Source: an uncultured Flavobacteriales bacterium (GTDB taxonomy: Bacteria > Bacteroidota > Bacteroidia > AKYH767-A > 2013-40CM-41-45). Taken from it: 64,000 bases of DNA. Below are positions 44,401 to 52,118 of this stretch, in pieces. Location of the stretch: NCBI GenBank assembly GCA_964544885.1, contig CAZJDX010000018.1, positions 4,108 through 68,107 of the forward strand. The letters run 5' to 3'. The notes beneath the pieces are model-generated. The model ran no database searches, was not told the DNA's origin, and saw nothing but the letters and a program-made list of their open reading frames with translations. The position numbers were made by a program, and so were the translations under genes. How positions within the stretch are numbered: the stretch's first letter is position 1; the number at the start of each line of letters is the position of its first letter.

Positions 44401-46139
44401 CCAGCAATGTTTGTCTTGGAAATAACAGCACCTTTATAAACCAGTCGGGTGTGGCAGGAGGAATATCTTATAGCAGTCACTGGGATTTCAGTGACGGCAA
44501 CCAAAGTTCCCAAACCAACCCGACGCATACGTTCAGCGGCTCTGGTATCTACACTGTACAGTTGAATATTACAACGGTCCATGGTTGTGTCAACAGTACA
44601 ACGCAAAATGCCCGCATTTACTTACCACCGGTAACTTTATTCTCGGCAGACGATGTTTGTCGCGGAGGAATTACCAGTTTTAATGATAATTCATATTCAC
44701 AGGATGGAAACATTGTAAGATGGTACTGGAATTTTGGAGACGGCTCCGCTTCCACGGAAGGTAATCCGGCTCACCTCTATACTCAGTCAGGAAAATATGG
44801 TGTGTCACTTACCACTACAACATCCTTCGGTTGCAGCAGTCCTTATCAGGATACAGTAGAAATCTATGAAAGACCTGTGGCGGGAATTCAGACCGCGAAT
44901 GTATGTGAAGGGATGCCTGTTCAGTTCATCAACACTTCGGTGAACAATACCGGTACTTCAGTAAGTTATCTTTGGGACCTCGGAAACGGGTTTACTTCCG
45001 CTGATTCAAGCATCACCTATCTCTTCCCGCAACCGGGCACCTATGACATTACGCTCACCTCTACTTCCGATGCGGGTTGTTCAGATACCCAATTGCACAG
45101 GTTATCCGTTTATCCGAATCCTGAGGTATTGTTCGCCGCTAACGAAGCCTGTGAGAATGCCAATCTTGCCTTCCTGAATCAGTCAGGAATTCAGACCGGA
45201 AGCATCCAGTCTTATCAATGGGATTTCGGTGACGGCAGCAGCGGCAGCAACAGAAATCCGATTCATAATTATTCAACAGCCGGAACCTATCAGGTAAGCC
45301 TGACTGCGGTTTCGGATCAGGGATGTGTGAACAACAGAATCGCACAAGTCATCATACATCCGCAACCGCATGTTCAGTTCTCCGGTTCGTATCAGGGATG
45401 CGCGCCACTCAATGCCAACTTCCTGAATACTTCGGTGATCAGCAGTGGAAACATCAGCGGATGGTTGTGGAACTTTGGCGATGGAAACATTTCCACGGAA
45501 GAGCATCCTGTTCATACCTATACTCTGGGAGGTAGCTGGAACATCAGCCTTACCGTTGTTTCGGATCAGGGATGCCAGGCGACTTACACCGCTCCGGCAT
45601 CGGTACGGACATACCCTCAGCCGGATGCTGACTTTACAGCAAATCCTCTGGTGAGTGATAATGTGAGTCCGACGGTCCACTTTACAAATCTATCCAGCGG
45701 TTTTACTTCCTATATCTGGAATTTTGGCGATGGAACATCAACAAGTCATGAACTCAATCCGGTTCATACCTTTTCCGATACCGGAACTTATACAGCACGA
45801 TTGATTACGATAAATTCTTACGGATGCAGAGACACCATGCTCCGTCATATCGAGATCCGGCCTAAATCGACATTATTTGCTCCCAACTGTTTCACGCCGA
45901 ACGGTGACGGTCATAACGATAAGTTCAGACCCTATTATACCAATATGACAGATATTCAGGTGTGGATATTTGACCGGTGGGGACTGCTGCTAACCAGCTG
46001 GGATGGATTGGAAGGAAACTGGGACGGATATTATGGAGGAGAAAAATGTCAGCAAGACACCTATGTCTACAAGATCAGAGGACTTGGGGTTGACGGAAAG
46101 TATTCAGAGTGGGTTGGACATGTAAGTATTGTGTACTAA
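38421..46139 (+). CDS. Giant PKD/Ig-repeat surface protein with gliding-motility (type B T9SS) C-terminal domain
   Basis: 2572 aa. Signal peptide, SHTMGADLTYECLG N-domain, 16 W-x-(F/L/M)-(G/S)-(D/N) PKD-type repeats by my count, AGxD Ig repeats, and C-terminal PNCFTPNGDGHND...IFDRWG...WDG...TYVYKI. Confidence 0.92.
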   Translation: MRLKLQLSRTVFLAMMMLSLFIKTGSASHTMGADLTYECLGGNTYRVTLSFYRDCIGIPAPANPLVYVRSASCGQNLNVTVSPRPGTGQEVTPSCSSSVTTCSGGTFTGIQEWVYDGIITLPMNCTDWVFSYSLCCRNAAITTITNPGTSTFYIYSTLNNVVSTCNSSPTFSNKPVPFLCLGQQYCFNHGAYDPDGDSLVYELITPKQTAGADVVYMAPYNASNPLNSFPATSFNPVTGDICLNPQNIEVTVMAVLVKEYRNGVLIGSVERDLQLTVMNCANNLPSLTGINGTNDFSITVCANAETCFDIFSIDPDAGQTLEVNWDNGIAGASFSSSGGTRPTGTFCWTPQPSDIGSTNIFTVRVNDDACPYYGSQIYSYTVNVIGITANAGPDQLIACSDLATLTAVGSGGSGSYTYQWSNGSTSQWITVGEGTYWVTISDGTCMATDTVNVMMPYIPVAAFTHSTTTCNNLPVSFTDQSTTPGGIIWSWYWDFGDGTSSTLQNPTHLFPGAGTYDVSLIIENTLGCLDTIIQQITIADPPTADFSYSNTCVGTSVTFTDQSSPSASVSGWNWNFGDGTSSTLQNPGHTYTTTGTYTVTLITNNAFGCSDTAVRIITVNPLPVISAGADQSVCAGSSITLTASGGTSYTWMPGGSTSPTIVVNPSGSTPYVVTGEDANGCINSDTVWVSIDPLPVVTAGADVSICAGTSTTLSAGGAATYTWTPGGSTSGSIIVSPSSGTNYTVTGTDLNGCSASDIVSVNVNSIPLASAGPDQHICSGSSAVLNASGGGTYSWSPGGSTSSSITVNPSSSTTYVVTVSNGSGCSAQDSMRVFVHPPPSVSLQSLFLCTGSTTTLDAGPGMSSYLWTPNGETTQTLVVTTGGNYGVTVTDSLGCSSTASASVTMGTAIAINLDDVFFCQGDSAILDVGYSGLTYNWSTGQTTQAITIYNQGSYSVTVNDTSGCSGSITINAQTNPIPVANFTTNSVCAGTVTSFTDASSVGSGIINAWSWDFGDGATSTDQNPDHTYTSPGTYTVTLMISSAEGCVNQVSNDVTVNPLPVASFTAGNTCQGQVLNFTNTSTVSSGIISTYSWNFGDSNNSSLQNPSHTYSVSGSYSVSLQVSTAGGCSNSVSQTVNIRPLPVASFSTMPVCLGSPSTFLNTSGISTGSITSYTWDFGNTATSTQTNPAHTYASAGTYTVRLIAVSSFGCSDTVINSTQINSLPLAMAGSDQTICSGSTANLTASGGVSYTWMPGSLNSANITVNPVTGTNYTVSVTDVNGCSANDVVRVNVNSLPSVSAGPDRVLCTGSSVTLNAAGGATYTWTPGLSTGSSITVNPTVNTTYTVTGTDLNGCTNSDLVTVSVNPLPLVNAGPDRTICMGSTTSLSASGANTYLWNPGGSTSSGILVGPAASTNYIVTGTDVSGCINRDTVRVNVNPLPVVNLSPAFICPGFSTTLDAGNPGSTFFWSTGETSQTISVNDSGTYTVEVTGANGCPVTASTVVTLGNTINSVPVISSVCSGMNATLNAGNPGSSYLWSTGSTDSSISVATAGNYSVTITDPNGCTGTVLHTVNLNPLPVASFSATPVCEGDIVLFTNTSSVSSGTIQAYSWDMGDGFTSFQTQPSHNYSNAGTYNVSLVVVSDYGCNDSITGTVEVYPLPVASFSSSTVCEGQGTALNDATTIASGSINSWNWSFGDGTSGSGASISHTYAQHGSYSTTLIVSSDHSCRDTVQQNVTVHQLPEAIFSAPDACVNSPVQLTNNSSAGTGSILLYTWDLGDGNTSNSSAPVYQYTVEGSYTISLHITSSVGCTHSLTDVITVHPEPVSAFTSPASCESSSTRFTNTSSIVSGSISNYYWDFGDNSSSNDIEPSHSYAGSGNYTVRLITTSAFGCRDTVQQTTIVHPDPVAAYTAMNVCEGAPVEFLESSAISSGIITSWSWDFGDGTGSSLDEPVHIYNNSGSYPVSLIVTSAEGCTDELISNVVIYPNPVAAFLSSNVCLGNNSTFINQSGVAGGISYSSHWDFSDGNQSSQTNPTHTFSGSGIYTVQLNITTVHGCVNSTTQNARIYLPPVTLFSADDVCRGGITSFNDNSYSQDGNIVRWYWNFGDGSASTEGNPAHLYTQSGKYGVSLTTTTSFGCSSPYQDTVEIYERPVAGIQTANVCEGMPVQFINTSVNNTGTSVSYLWDLGNGFTSADSSITYLFPQPGTYDITLTSTSDAGCSDTQLHRLSVYPNPEVLFAANEACENANLAFLNQSGIQTGSIQSYQWDFGDGSSGSNRNPIHNYSTAGTYQVSLTAVSDQGCVNNRIAQVIIHPQPHVQFSGSYQGCAPLNANFLNTSVISSGNISGWLWNFGDGNISTEEHPVHTYTLGGSWNISLTVVSDQGCQATYTAPASVRTYPQPDADFTANPLVSDNVSPTVHFTNLSSGFTSYIWNFGDGTSTSHELNPVHTFSDTGTYTARLITINSYGCRDTMLRHIEIRPKSTLFAPNCFTPNGDGHNDKFRPYYTNMTDIQVWIFDRWGLLLTSWDGLEGNWDGYYGGEKCQQDTYVYKIRGLGVDGKYSEWVGHVSIVY

Positions 46140-46171
46140 AGAAAGTGCGTTTGCTTTTTCATGGTGTGTTG

Positions 46172-46210
46172 GAAAGACCTCCGGTGCAAACCGGGGGCTC
46201 TTTCTTTTTT
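46172..46210 (+). terminator. Rho-independent terminator (likely bidirectional)
   Basis: CCTCCGGT-GCAA-ACCGGGGG stem, GAAAG/CTTTC extension, T-run. Confidence 0.8.
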
Positions 46211-46221
46211 AAGGAGAGGGA

Positions 46222-46407
46222 TCAGTATCTCCATCCCGGTGGATAAACTGTCCGCGTATAGGGTTTTGTCCTGGCTACCGACTTGAGGTAAGCAATGTGA
46301 GGTGGTGTGCCAAAAATCGATCTAAGTTTTCTGAATTCATCCAGCAACCTTTGCTGTACCTGATTTCTCGGTGTGAATCCGGCGGAATTAAACTCTGAAT
46401 AGCTCAT
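46222..46407 (-). CDS. Candidate small hypothetical protein (61 aa)
   Basis: A-rich leader (AAACAAATTAATCAGC-ATG), ends just before the bidirectional terminator. No family recognised. Confidence 0.35.
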   Translation of the reverse strand: MSYSEFNSAGFTPRNQVQQRLLDEFRKLRSIFGTPPHIAYLKSVARTKPYTRTVYPPGWRY

Positions 46408-46692
46408 GCTGATTAATTTGTTTATACAAGATATTCTCCATTGTCTGATTATTCAATAAATATTGGTTTCACCGGTTTAATCATGGGTGAGCAGTCGGAT
46501 GAACAGGGTTAAAGAACTTTATACGGAATACTCCGGAAGCAAGGAAATTAAACCAAGATCCTGAACCCGGGAAAAGAAAGTAAAGGCAACAAAATAATAA
46601 TCGTAGCTGAACGAAAGAGTTTTTCAAGACAATTACGGAGAACCCGGTGGAAAATCCATTGCCTTAAAAGCTGCACCAAATTTTCCTATAAC

Positions 46693-46727
46693 GTCAAAGC
46701 CCTTCCGCTTGCGAAAGGGCTTTTGAC
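46693..46727 (-). terminator. Stem-loop, probable terminator of the adjacent structured element
   Basis: Minus strand GTCAAAAGCCCTTTCG-CAAG-CGGAAGGGCTTTGAC. One stem position is G-U on the minus strand but C-A on the plus strand. Confidence 0.55.
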
Positions 46728-46744
46728 TATTCACCTAAACAAAA

Positions 46745-46918
46745 ATTGAATCTGATAAAAAGGCAGGAAGGTGGCAGCGGTCAGCCGAAAACCAGGATGG
46801 AAACACAGATGACCTCTGGATGACCACTGCCGAAAAGTTCCGGAATTTGATTCGAGGGAATGAGGGGATTCACTCAAAGTCCGGATTCTCTGGCCTGCAA
46901 TGAAATATCAGATTCAAT
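46745..46918. ncRNA. Candidate structured non-coding RNA of unknown class
   Basis: Nested stems: 46745-46757/46906-46918 (13 bp perfect), 46763-46767/46894-46898, 46773-46783/46821-46831 (10 of 11 WC), 46839-46850/46874-46885 (11 of 12). No ORF of 60 aa or more here. Minus-strand TACTTTTG at 46962-46969. Confidence 0.5.
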
Positions 46919-47115
46919 ATTCCATAATGACAAAACAAAATGAAGAACTAAATCAACCCTGCAAAAGTAGTCGCATTCACACTTTTTAATTTCTGTTTTA
47001 TGCCAACAGATGCTTCCCGGTGGCCAACATACCGATATCGATGGCGAAAGATTTACCGGTCTTTTTGAAGAAATTACCCCTTAAAACCTTAATTTTAGTT
47101 AAATTTTCAAACTTT

Positions 47116-47146
47116 TTTGTTTCAAGGGATGGTATTCTTAGCTTCG
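47116..47146 (+). promoter_or_regulatory. Bacteroidota promoter for the prolyl oligopeptidase gene
   Basis: TTTG (47116-47119), 19-nt spacer, TAGCTTCG (47139-47146; one mismatch to TAnnTTTG). Confidence 0.55.
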
Positions 47147-47171
47147 CCACTATTCTTAAATCCACCAAAAC

Positions 47172-49295
47172 ATGAAACCAGCTTCAATCTTGATTTTCGC
47201 CTTGTTCATTACCTGTAATATGGCAATAGCCCAGCTATTACCTTATCCAAAGGTTCACAAAGTGGAACAGGTTGATGATTACTTCGGTACTAAGGTTTCC
47301 GATCCGTACCGGTGGCTTGAAGATGATCATGCACCGGCTACACTTGATTTCGTGAAAGCGCAAAACAAGGTGACAGAAAATTATCTGAGTTCCATTCCGT
47401 TCAGAAACAAAGTCAAGGAAAGACTGACACAATTGTGGAATTTTCCCAAATGGTCAGTACCGTTCAAAGGAGGAAAGAATTATTTTGTTTATACAAATGA
47501 CGGACTCCAAAATCAGTTTGTACTGAATATACTTCGTTCCGGCCCTTTCTCCAAACCGGAAACTTTTCTTGATCCGAACACACTCTCAAAAGATGGTACC
47601 GTGAATGTATCTAATGTTTCGGCTTCGAAAGACGGAAAATATCTTGCCTATTCTTCCTCCAGCTCCGGCAGCGACTGGAACGAAATAAGAGTAATGAACA
47701 CAAGCACCGGCTCAACATCGAATGATAAGGTGGAATGGGTGAAATTTTCCGGTATCGCCTGGAAAGGGAATGGGTTTTACTATTCCCGTTACGATGAACC
47801 AGATGCCACCGCGAAGCTGAAAGGGAAAAATGAATACCACAAGGTCTATTATCACTCCGTGGGCAATCCGCAGAAATATGATATCCTCGTTTACCAGGAT
47901 GAAAAAAATCCTCTCCGGAATTTTTACGCGGGAACAACCGATGATGAAAGATATCTCATCATCAGCGGATCAGAGGGTTCAAGCGGCAATGACCTCATCG
48001 TAAAAGATCTCAGGAACCCTTCTTCAAATTTCGTCCGGCTTGTCGATAATTTTGACAATGATTATGCGGTGATCGGCAATGACAGTGCGAATCTTTTCAT
48101 CCTGACAAATAAAAACGCGCCAAGGTATGAATTGGTCCTTGTAAATCCTCTAAGGCCTGAAATTCCCTGGAAGACTATCATTCCCCAGAGCGCTGACGTG
48201 CTGGAATCCGTTTACACAGGGAGCGATTACCTCATTGCAAAATACATGAAAGATGCCAAATCGGTGCTCAAAATTTACAGCCGGAAAGGCCAATTCATTA
48301 TGGAAGTACCGCTTGAAACACTGGGTACGGTGGATCAGCTTTCCGCGAGCACATCAGACGATTTAATGTTTTATTCGCTGGCCACCTTCACGGCACCCTC
48401 CACGATATACAGCTTCAACCTCAAGACAAGGGAACAAAAAGTATATTTCAAACCAGAACTTGAATTCAAGAGCGAAGAATATGAGACGAGGCAGGTATTT
48501 TATCCTTCAAAGGATGGTACCAGAATCCCTATGTTCATCGTTCACAAAAAAGGACTCGTGTATGATGGTAATAATCCGACACTACTTTATGCCTACGGCG
48601 GATTCAATCTTCCACAGCCTCCCATATTCAAGATTGAAAGACTGGTATTCCTGGAGAACGGCGGTGTGTTCTGTCTTGCCAATATCCGCGGGGGCGGTGA
48701 ATATGGAGAAGAATGGCACGAAGCAGGAACCAAATTGAAAAAGCAAAATGTCTTTGATGATTTCATCGCGGGAGCAGAATATCTGATCAGGGAAAAAATC
48801 ACAAAGCCGGAAAAACTGGGAATGCAGGGCCGATCCAACGGAGGACTGCTTGTTGGCGCCGTGATGAACCAGCGTCCCGACCTGTTTAAAGTCGCGCTTC
48901 CCGTTGTAGGTGTTATGGACATGCTTCGCTATCATAAATTCACCATCGGATGGGCCTGGAAAGGCGACTATGGATCCAGCGAGGACGAAGTGAATTTCAA
49001 GAACCTCTATGGCTACTCCCCTCTTCATAATCTGAAGGAAGGGGTAAATTATCCCGCTACACTGGTTACCACCGGCGATCACGATGATCGCGTGGTGCCA
49101 GCGCATTCATTCAAATATATTGCGACTTTACAGGAGAAGTATAAAGGAGAAAATCCGGTATTGATCAGGGTCGATATAAATACCGGACACGCCAGCACCA
49201 CTGCCCTGGGCTCCAGCAAACCGGTAGCAAAACAGATTGATGAGCAAACTGACAATTTCAGCTTCCTGATGTTTAACCTGGGAATGAATCCCTGA
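47172..49295 (+). CDS. Prolyl oligopeptidase (S9A), exported
   Basis: Signal peptide, DPYRWLED, GRSNGGLL (catalytic Ser), TGDHDDRV (Asp), TGHA (His). Confidence 0.95.
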   Translation: MKPASILIFALFITCNMAIAQLLPYPKVHKVEQVDDYFGTKVSDPYRWLEDDHAPATLDFVKAQNKVTENYLSSIPFRNKVKERLTQLWNFPKWSVPFKGGKNYFVYTNDGLQNQFVLNILRSGPFSKPETFLDPNTLSKDGTVNVSNVSASKDGKYLAYSSSSSGSDWNEIRVMNTSTGSTSNDKVEWVKFSGIAWKGNGFYYSRYDEPDATAKLKGKNEYHKVYYHSVGNPQKYDILVYQDEKNPLRNFYAGTTDDERYLIISGSEGSSGNDLIVKDLRNPSSNFVRLVDNFDNDYAVIGNDSANLFILTNKNAPRYELVLVNPLRPEIPWKTIIPQSADVLESVYTGSDYLIAKYMKDAKSVLKIYSRKGQFIMEVPLETLGTVDQLSASTSDDLMFYSLATFTAPSTIYSFNLKTREQKVYFKPELEFKSEEYETRQVFYPSKDGTRIPMFIVHKKGLVYDGNNPTLLYAYGGFNLPQPPIFKIERLVFLENGGVFCLANIRGGGEYGEEWHEAGTKLKKQNVFDDFIAGAEYLIREKITKPEKLGMQGRSNGGLLVGAVMNQRPDLFKVALPVVGVMDMLRYHKFTIGWAWKGDYGSSEDEVNFKNLYGYSPLHNLKEGVNYPATLVTTGDHDDRVVPAHSFKYIATLQEKYKGENPVLIRVDINTGHASTTALGSSKPVAKQIDEQTDNFSFLMFNLGMNP

Positions 49296-49401
49296 ACCAT
49301 TACTTTTGAACAAAGGCACATGAAAAGTCAGGGATCTGCGTTCCTGACAATGGCTGAATTCCGTAAATTTGCTACCGGAAAATAAGGCCTCTTATCGTGC
49401 A

Positions 49402-52116
49402 ATGAAAATCCGTATTGGAATTGTTTTTGGCGGAATGTCCCGCGAAAGGGAGATCTCTTTCGCCGGCGGCAGGACTGTTTACGACAACCTGAACAAATCT
49501 CTCTTTGAGGCTATTCCCCTGTTCGTGGACAGCTTTGGGAATTTCATTTTACTTGACTGGGAATATATTTACAAAGGAAGTATAAGGGATTTCTATCCTC
49601 CCTCCGAGGCCTTGCCTCCATCTCCAAATGGATTTCAGGTTTATGCTGAAAGCCTGGAACCACAGGGTAAAGGAGAACAAGCTGCGCTCTTTGAGCAAAG
49701 AGGCAGACTCATCCCTTACGAAGAACTTCCCGGTCTCATAGACTTTGCATTTTTGTGCCTGCATGGTCCTTATGGAGAAGATGGAAGGATTCAGGGACTT
49801 TTTGAAATGCTGAACATTCCTTATTCAGGATCAGGAATATTTTCATCGGCCATCGGTATCAACAAATCGGTACAGAAAAAACTGATGAAACAATATTCAT
49901 TCAACTGCCCGGGCTTTATGACCATTTCCCGCCAGGATTGGATTAACAACACAAGCAGAAAGAGTTTCCTTGAATCCGTGAAGAAAGAGCCCGGTTTCCC
50001 GTGCGTGGTTAAGTCGGCCCACCAGGGCTCTTCCATAGGCATCAGCATTCTGCATGAAGAGAATGAACAACAATTGATCAGTGCGATCAATAAAGCCTTT
50101 TTCATTCAGACGATCAGCAAGGAAGAATGGGAAGGACTCAAACCTGAACAACAGGTGGAAATGGTCAGGAAAATGTGTGATATACGCGAGGGCATAGGCT
50201 GTCCCGTCATCCTTAAAAACCGTGCTTCGGAAAAAACACTGAATCATCCTGAACGCATACTGGAATCCTTAAGAGAGATATTTTCAGGCGGCGCTTCGAC
50301 GCTTACACTGGAAGCCCTGGATGCCGAGACGGAAGTAATCGTTGAAGGATTTATTGAAGGAAAGGAATTTTCATGCATCGTTGTCAGAAATGACAACGGC
50401 GAGGCGCTTGCACTGCCTCCCACCGAGATCCGTAAAGGAAAGGAGCTGTTCGATTACCGTTCCAAGTATCTGCCCGGACTGTCCAGAAAAATAACACCCA
50501 TCCATTTGCCTGATGAACAGATTGAATCCATCAGAAAAGAATGCGAAAGGTTGTTCTACGCTTTACGCTTCAATGTATATGCCCGTATTGACGGTTTCTT
50601 AAGCAAGGATGGTAAAATATTCCTTAACGACCCGAATACAACCTCCGGCATGATGCCTTCCTCCTTTTTCTTTCATCAGGCTGCCGAGATCGGGTTGAAT
50701 CCTTCGCAATTCCTCTCTTTCATCATCAGGACTTCATTGGCTGAAAGGATGATGGATATGACCCATGTTCATACTGTACAAAACCTGCTGACCACACTTG
50801 ACGATGGCATTCGCAGGCTGAGTGAGAAGAACAGCACAAAGGTCAGGGTGGCTGTGATCATGGGAGGATATTCCAGCGAAAGACACATATCGGTAGAAAG
50901 CGGAAGAAATATTTATGAGAAACTTTCTTCTTCTGAAAAGTATGAACCTGTTCCGGTTTTTCTTACAGGTGACGAAGAACAATTCAGGCTTTTCAAAATT
51001 CCGGTTAATCTGATGCTGAAAGATAATGCGGATGATATCCGCGAGAAGATTTTTAATTACACGGTGCATCCCGTCATAGAGAATATCAGGCAAGCCACTT
51101 CCGGAATTACAAAGCGGTACACACAGGCCGGAAATGTGTTGAATCCGCAGGAAATAAAGCTTGAAGAACTGTCTGACTTGTGTGATGTGGTATTCATCGC
51201 CTTGCATGGCCGGCCCGGCGAAGACGGCGCACTGCAGAAACAACTTGAACGATACGGTTTGGCTTATAACGGATCGGGTATTGAAGCATCCGGTATCACG
51301 ATTAACAAATATGAAACCAACGAACTTCTTTCAAAGAATGGTTTTCTGACCGCGAAGCATACGCTAGCGGATATAAATGACTGGAAAAATGACAAGGCCG
51401 GTTTCGTCAGTTCCATCTTAAAATATTTCAAACTCCCCGTCATTGCCAAACCGGTGGATGACGGTTGCAGCAGCGCCGTTAAGAAAATAAAAAATGAACA
51501 GGAACTCCGCGCCTTCGCGGAACTGATCTTCAGACAAAATGAGATCCTGAACGCTCCCGAAGCATCATTGCTTCAGCTCAAACAAAATGAAGAGTTCCCG
51601 CGAAAGAACCAATTCCTCATCGAAGAACTGATAGAAAAGGGCGATGCAGTGCATTTCCTTGAAATAACCGGAGGCATGCTCACCCGTCTCAATGAAAGCG
51701 GAAAGAGGATCTATGAAGTCTTTGAGGCGTCCGAAGCACTATCGGAAGGAGATGTACTTTCGCTGGAAGAAAAATTTCTGGCCGGTGAAGGCCAAAATAT
51801 TACACCCGCACGTTATGCAAAAGATCCGGAAGAGCGGCAACGCATTTCGGAGCTTGTAAAGAATGAACTGAAAAGGGCGGCTGAGGTTTTGAATATTGAA
51901 GGATATGCAAGAATAGATGCCTTCGTCAGAATTTATAAAGGAGGAAAAGTGGAAGTGATCTTCATTGAAGTCAATTCATTACCCGGCATGACACCGGCCA
52001 CTTGTATCTTCCATCAATGCGCCATTGCCGGTTACAAACCCTTTGATTTTATTGACCGGATACTTGAATACGGCATCCAAAAGAAAAAACAAACAGCTCC
52101 TGCCCATACCCATTAA
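49402..52116 (+). CDS. ddl: D-alanine--D-alanine ligase family protein with two tandem Ddl domains
   Basis: Two complete motif sets: GGMSREREIS / LHGPYGEDG / RIDGF / NDPNTTSG, and GGYSSERHIS / LHGRPGEDG / RIDAF / IEVNSLPG. Confidence 0.88.
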   Translation: MKIRIGIVFGGMSREREISFAGGRTVYDNLNKSLFEAIPLFVDSFGNFILLDWEYIYKGSIRDFYPPSEALPPSPNGFQVYAESLEPQGKGEQAALFEQRGRLIPYEELPGLIDFAFLCLHGPYGEDGRIQGLFEMLNIPYSGSGIFSSAIGINKSVQKKLMKQYSFNCPGFMTISRQDWINNTSRKSFLESVKKEPGFPCVVKSAHQGSSIGISILHEENEQQLISAINKAFFIQTISKEEWEGLKPEQQVEMVRKMCDIREGIGCPVILKNRASEKTLNHPERILESLREIFSGGASTLTLEALDAETEVIVEGFIEGKEFSCIVVRNDNGEALALPPTEIRKGKELFDYRSKYLPGLSRKITPIHLPDEQIESIRKECERLFYALRFNVYARIDGFLSKDGKIFLNDPNTTSGMMPSSFFFHQAAEIGLNPSQFLSFIIRTSLAERMMDMTHVHTVQNLLTTLDDGIRRLSEKNSTKVRVAVIMGGYSSERHISVESGRNIYEKLSSSEKYEPVPVFLTGDEEQFRLFKIPVNLMLKDNADDIREKIFNYTVHPVIENIRQATSGITKRYTQAGNVLNPQEIKLEELSDLCDVVFIALHGRPGEDGALQKQLERYGLAYNGSGIEASGITINKYETNELLSKNGFLTAKHTLADINDWKNDKAGFVSSILKYFKLPVIAKPVDDGCSSAVKKIKNEQELRAFAELIFRQNEILNAPEASLLQLKQNEEFPRKNQFLIEELIEKGDAVHFLEITGGMLTRLNESGKRIYEVFEASEALSEGDVLSLEEKFLAGEGQNITPARYAKDPEERQRISELVKNELKRAAEVLNIEGYARIDAFVRIYKGGKVEVIFIEVNSLPGMTPATCIFHQCAIAGYKPFDFIDRILEYGIQKKKQTAPAHTH

Positions 52117-52118
52117 TT

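Noticed and set aside
39800-45800. Recurrent GGGATTTTGG/TGGAACTTTGG-like words as a CRISPR or DGR repeat set
   Set aside because: They encode the WDFGDG motif of PKD repeats in frame and are degenerate at synonymous sites. No cas or reverse transcriptase gene is in the window.
46784-46894. Glycine-riboswitch-like words on the plus strand (ACCTCTGGA, GCCGAAAAG...TCTCTGGC)
   Set aside because: The conserved GGAGAG, CCGAAG, CTCTCAGG and AGGAC elements are not matched, the best stems use these bases differently, and the downstream gene is not glycine-related. Kept as an unknown structured element instead.
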